64,000 nt of DNA, taken from the NCBI GenBank assembly GCA_000404785.1, contig ASNI01000004.1, positions 4,047 to 68,046 of the forward strand, given 5' to 3'. The notes under the pieces were generated by a model that made no database searches, was not told the origin of the DNA, and worked only from the letters and a program-made list of their open reading frames with translations. Origin of the DNA: Cloacimonetes bacterium SCGC AAA252-N17. GTDB lineage: Bacteria > Cloacimonadota > Cloacimonadia > JGIOTU-2. Positions 61,095 to 64,000 of this stretch are shown piece after piece (position 1 is the first letter of the stretch; each line of letters opens with the position of its first letter). Made by a program: the position numbers and the translations under genes.

Positions 61095-62033
61095 ATGAAA
61101 TACAAACATCTATTTGGACCAGTTCCATCACGCCGGCTCGGCTTATCGCTTGGTATAGACCCTATTCCCTATAAAACCTGCTCTTTTGATTGTGTGTACT
61201 GCGAATGCGGTGCAACAACAAACCTTACAAGCACACGAAAGGAATATATTCCAGTTGATGAAATTATTTCAGAACTCGATTCCTTTCTCTCAAACAATCC
61301 AACACTTGATTATATTACTTTCTCAGGTTCGGGTGAGCCAACGCTGAATATTGGAATAGAAAGAATAATCACATTTCTTAAAAAGAAATTTCCGCAATAT
61401 AAGATCGCAGTGATCACAAACAGTTCTCTTTTTCCTGATCCTGAAGTTCGTAAAGAATTATTGCTTGCCGACGTGATAATGCCTTCTTTAGATGCAGTTT
61501 CTTATAATATTTCTCAAAAAATAAACAGACCTGTTAAGGGGATCATACCAGTTGATATCATTCAAGGACTTATTAGTTTCCGCAGGGAGTTTCCAGGAAA
61601 AATTTGGCTCGAGATATTTATCATACCAGGTATTAATGACACAGATGAAGAAATTGAAAAATTTCATGCTGTCCTGAAGAAAATTAATCCTGACCTGATT
61701 CAGTTGAACTCTATTGACAGACCCGGTACAGAGAATTGGGTCGTTCCTGCTGATGAAGAGACTCTCGTGAAGATTAAGAAGAAATTTGAGTATCTGCCTG
61801 TTGTCACAATTAGTAATTACCAAAAAAGAGAGAAGGTTAAATCCTATAATTTTAAAATCGAAGATGCAATTCTTGCAACCATCTCACGGCGACCCTGTAC
61901 TGCGGATGACCTTTCCGAAATTCTGGATATTCATCTTGCTGAACTGAACAAATATCTTGATGCCTTACATGAAAAAGATATGATCGAAGCAGTGAAAAGA
62001 CCTCGTGGACTGTTCTTCAGAGCAAAGGTATAG
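61095..62033 (+). CDS. Radical SAM protein, specific function unknown
   Basis: The CxxxCxxC motif CSFDCVYCECG follows a conserved PSRRLGLSLGI segment. Confidence 0.7.
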   Translation: MKYKHLFGPVPSRRLGLSLGIDPIPYKTCSFDCVYCECGATTNLTSTRKEYIPVDEIISELDSFLSNNPTLDYITFSGSGEPTLNIGIERIITFLKKKFPQYKIAVITNSSLFPDPEVRKELLLADVIMPSLDAVSYNISQKINRPVKGIIPVDIIQGLISFRREFPGKIWLEIFIIPGINDTDEEIEKFHAVLKKINPDLIQLNSIDRPGTENWVVPADEETLVKIKKKFEYLPVVTISNYQKREKVKSYNFKIEDAILATISRRPCTADDLSEILDIHLAELNKYLDALHEKDMIEAVKRPRGLFFRAKV

Positions 62034-62034
62034 T

Positions 62035-63231
62035 ATGCCAATTCTGCTTATCTGGATTGGTTTCTTCTTTTCGCTGGCTATTATGATACTTATCGCGAGA
62101 AAGAACCTGTGGCTCGGCTTTATAATCGGTGCACTAATATTAGGTTTTATAAATCTCAGACCTGTTGTTATCTTTCAGCAGATTAAAAGCACTATCTTTG
62201 ATCCTGCAATACTTTTACTGGGTGTTGCTGTCGGTATAATACCTCTTATTGGTGGCGTTTTGGAAGAATCCGGATTAATGGAGGGATTGTTCAAAAATTT
62301 ACGTTTGAAGCGTAAGCTATTTCTGATTTTTGGACCTGCTTTTTTGGGAATGCTACCTATGCCCGGTGGTGCACTTCTTTCTGCTCCTCTCGTTCTGAGG
62401 GCGGGTGACGATATTTCCGACAAACAATATACTGCGATCAATGTCTGGTTCCGCCATGCATTGATACTGATCTACCCGCTCGGTGCACTGCTTGTCACAA
62501 GTAAGATGGCTGGCTTATATTTATACAGAGCTTTGCTGTATTTGATACCCGGCTTTGTTCTCATGATACTTCTCGGGTGGATATTCTTACTTAAAGGGAT
62601 CAAGGGCAATCTTCCAACACAAAAACATATTAATTATAAAGCTCTCTTTACACCCATAGGAATTATTATAGCAGCTCCGCTTATCCATCTTCTTTTGATG
62701 ACCCTTTTCCCGGATATTCTTACAGAAATTCCTCTTATTATCTGTGTTTCTGTCAGTCTTGTCCTGGCTATGCTTTTGGGAAAGATGAAACCTCTCGATC
62801 TGATTTCAGTTATTAAAAAGATGAAGCCACTCAAATATTTCCTAATTATTATTGGAATGTTTCTTTTTCTAAACATTTTTAAAGCGTCGAATATTTCTGC
62901 GATAATTGCGGAGATAGCTATCTCAAAGTGCTTTACTATTGTTGTGATCGCTGCATTCCTCGGTTTTGTAACTGGACGAGTTCAAATGCCCTTTGCTATC
63001 GCTCTCCCAATATTTTATTCTCGCTTCGGCATTGATGCTATGTCCTACCTGCTTTTTGCAATTATGTTCTTCTCTACATATATGGGTTATATCGTTTCTC
63101 CTATACATCCATGTGTGTCGGTATCAATTGAATTTTTCGGGTCCAGTCTCAAGGGTTTTTACAAAAAATTATTTTGGCCTGTTTTTATTTCACTGGCAAC
63201 TTCCTTCTTAGTTGCCATTTTATTTGTATAA
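62035..63231 (+). CDS. Polytopic integral membrane protein (DUF401-like)
   Basis: About 10 to 12 TM helices. The start is taken at MPILLIWIGFFF. Confidence 0.6.
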   Translation: MPILLIWIGFFFSLAIMILIARKNLWLGFIIGALILGFINLRPVVIFQQIKSTIFDPAILLLGVAVGIIPLIGGVLEESGLMEGLFKNLRLKRKLFLIFGPAFLGMLPMPGGALLSAPLVLRAGDDISDKQYTAINVWFRHALILIYPLGALLVTSKMAGLYLYRALLYLIPGFVLMILLGWIFLLKGIKGNLPTQKHINYKALFTPIGIIIAAPLIHLLLMTLFPDILTEIPLIICVSVSLVLAMLLGKMKPLDLISVIKKMKPLKYFLIIIGMFLFLNIFKASNISAIIAEIAISKCFTIVVIAAFLGFVTGRVQMPFAIALPIFYSRFGIDAMSYLLFAIMFFSTYMGYIVSPIHPCVSVSIEFFGSSLKGFYKKLFWPVFISLATSFLVAILFV

Positions 63232-63232
63232 G

Positions 63233-63670
63233 ATGAAACAAAAAATAATCGCAGTAATTGGTGGAAATTCGATTGATCAACATTTCTATGATATTGCGTA
63301 TCAGGTTGGAAAACTCATTGCTGCCCATAGCTGCATTATGATTTGTGGGGGACTTGGCGGAGTTATGGAAGCAGCCGCAAAAGGTGCATACGAAAACGAA
63401 GGATTGATTATTGGTATCCTTCCCGGTTTTGAGAAAAAGGACGCTAATCCCTATATTTCCATACCTATTATTACTGGCTTATCAACTGCACGGAATGCAA
63501 TTATTGCGAGAACCTGCGATATTGCAGTTGCTATCGATGGCAAATATGGAACTCTTTCCGAAATTGCATATTGCCTTGATTTTGGTAAAACCGTCCTTGG
63601 TTATCAAACTCATAATATCGATAAAGTAATTCCAATCAAGAAACCTGAAGATATCATCAAATACTTGTAG
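63233..63670 (+). CDS. TIGR00725 / SLOG-family Rossmann-fold nucleotide-binding protein
   Basis: N-terminus MKQKIIAVIGG…CGGLGGVMEAAAKGA…GIIGILPG. Confidence 0.65.
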   Translation: MKQKIIAVIGGNSIDQHFYDIAYQVGKLIAAHSCIMICGGLGGVMEAAAKGAYENEGLIIGILPGFEKKDANPYISIPIITGLSTARNAIIARTCDIAVAIDGKYGTLSEIAYCLDFGKTVLGYQTHNIDKVIPIKKPEDIIKYL

Positions 63671-63708
63671 TCTAAAACTAATATTTATTTGTAATTAGAA
63701 ATTAGGAT

Positions 63709-64000
63709 TTAGAAATTTGCTATTATTCCAATCCTGTGTGAATTCCCCAGATCTGTATGAGTAACGAGCGCATAATTTATCACGAACTGCCTGTAGCGGA
63801 ATCCAAGCCCCGCAGTGAAATGTTCTTCATATAAACCTGACCTGATAGACAATATGTTCTTGTAAGTAATCTCCAATCCAAGATTCTTTGAATACTCATA
63901 CACATCACTCCAGTCAAAAGCGAGTATCATTCTGGAATTGATGAAAGACATCGGTTGCTCAAGCGCAAGTCCCATCCTTGGTGTTGTAATGATCTCGTCA
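63709..64000 (-). CDS. Outer-membrane beta-barrel-like protein; C-terminal part only, the gene continues beyond the window end
   Basis: Alternating hydrophobic beta-strand pattern ending in …HRIGIIANF, with a terminal Phe. The frame stays open to the window edge. Confidence 0.4.
   Translation of the reverse strand, partial: DEIITTPRMGLALEQPMSFINSRMILAFDWSDVYEYSKNLGLEITYKNILSIRSGLYEEHFTAGLGFRYRQFVINYALVTHTDLGNSHRIGIIANF

Overview
Low-GC bacterial chromosome segment (about 33-35% GC) with dense coding and operons on both strands. The SRP RNA is a long Bacillus-type form. Two proteins carry C-terminal sorting domains of the type IX secretion system (T9SS), which suggests an FCB-superphylum or Cloacimonadota-like lineage. 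That placement is tentative.

Housekeeping content runs in this order:
- nifS (5' partial), a divergently arranged Rrf2 regulator, an ABC ATPase, a TonB-dependent receptor, a T9SS-sorted beta-propeller protein, and folC.
- A multi-TM membrane protein, then an AMP-forming acyl-CoA ligase with a GNAT-fusion gene upstream of it on the minus strand.
- A complete F1Fo ATP synthase operon on the minus strand, in the order atpZ-I-B-E(triple)-E-F-H-A-G-D-C, with a Na+-binding c-subunit signature.
- Bactofilin, an M23 peptidase, parB, parA, rsmG and mnmG.
- Further on: mnmE, dxs, engB, queD, tldD/pmbA, a carbon-nitrogen hydrolase, rpmH-rnpA-yidD-yidC, SRP RNA, and a radical SAM enzyme.

The stand-out region is about 28.1-48.3 kb. 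It is a type IV filament (pilus / type II secretion-like) locus:
- It begins with a PilS/PilR-like sensor kinase and sigma54 enhancer-binding response regulator pair.
- A textbook sigma54 -24/-12 promoter precedes a small pilin-like gene, which ends in a strong terminator.
- Then come PilC, a PilB carrying an MshEN-type c-di-GMP motif, and three more pilin-like genes.
- A six-TM HisKA-only sensor and a REC-domain regulator follow.
- A four-helix-bundle gene cassette is inserted here, flanked by roughly 90-bp direct repeats.
- The locus finishes with PilT, a PilM-PilN-TPR fusion, a PilO-like protein, a short secretin, and an Fn3/LVIVD lipoprotein.

All four pilin-like proteins lack the canonical prepilin leader (G-1 / F+1 / E+5), and no prepilin peptidase is encoded in the window.

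Other notable points:
- One ATP synthase c subunit is a triple hairpin in which the ion-binding carboxylate is missing from the middle hairpin.
- The AtpA and AtpD proteins carry charged C-terminal extensions.
- A family of 'ttccc...gggaa' hairpin repeats recurs in intergenic regions.
- The 3' end of folC is duplicated around a 380-bp non-coding insert.
- A T9SS gene has decayed into a frameshifted remnant.

No CRISPR array, rRNA or tRNA was found.
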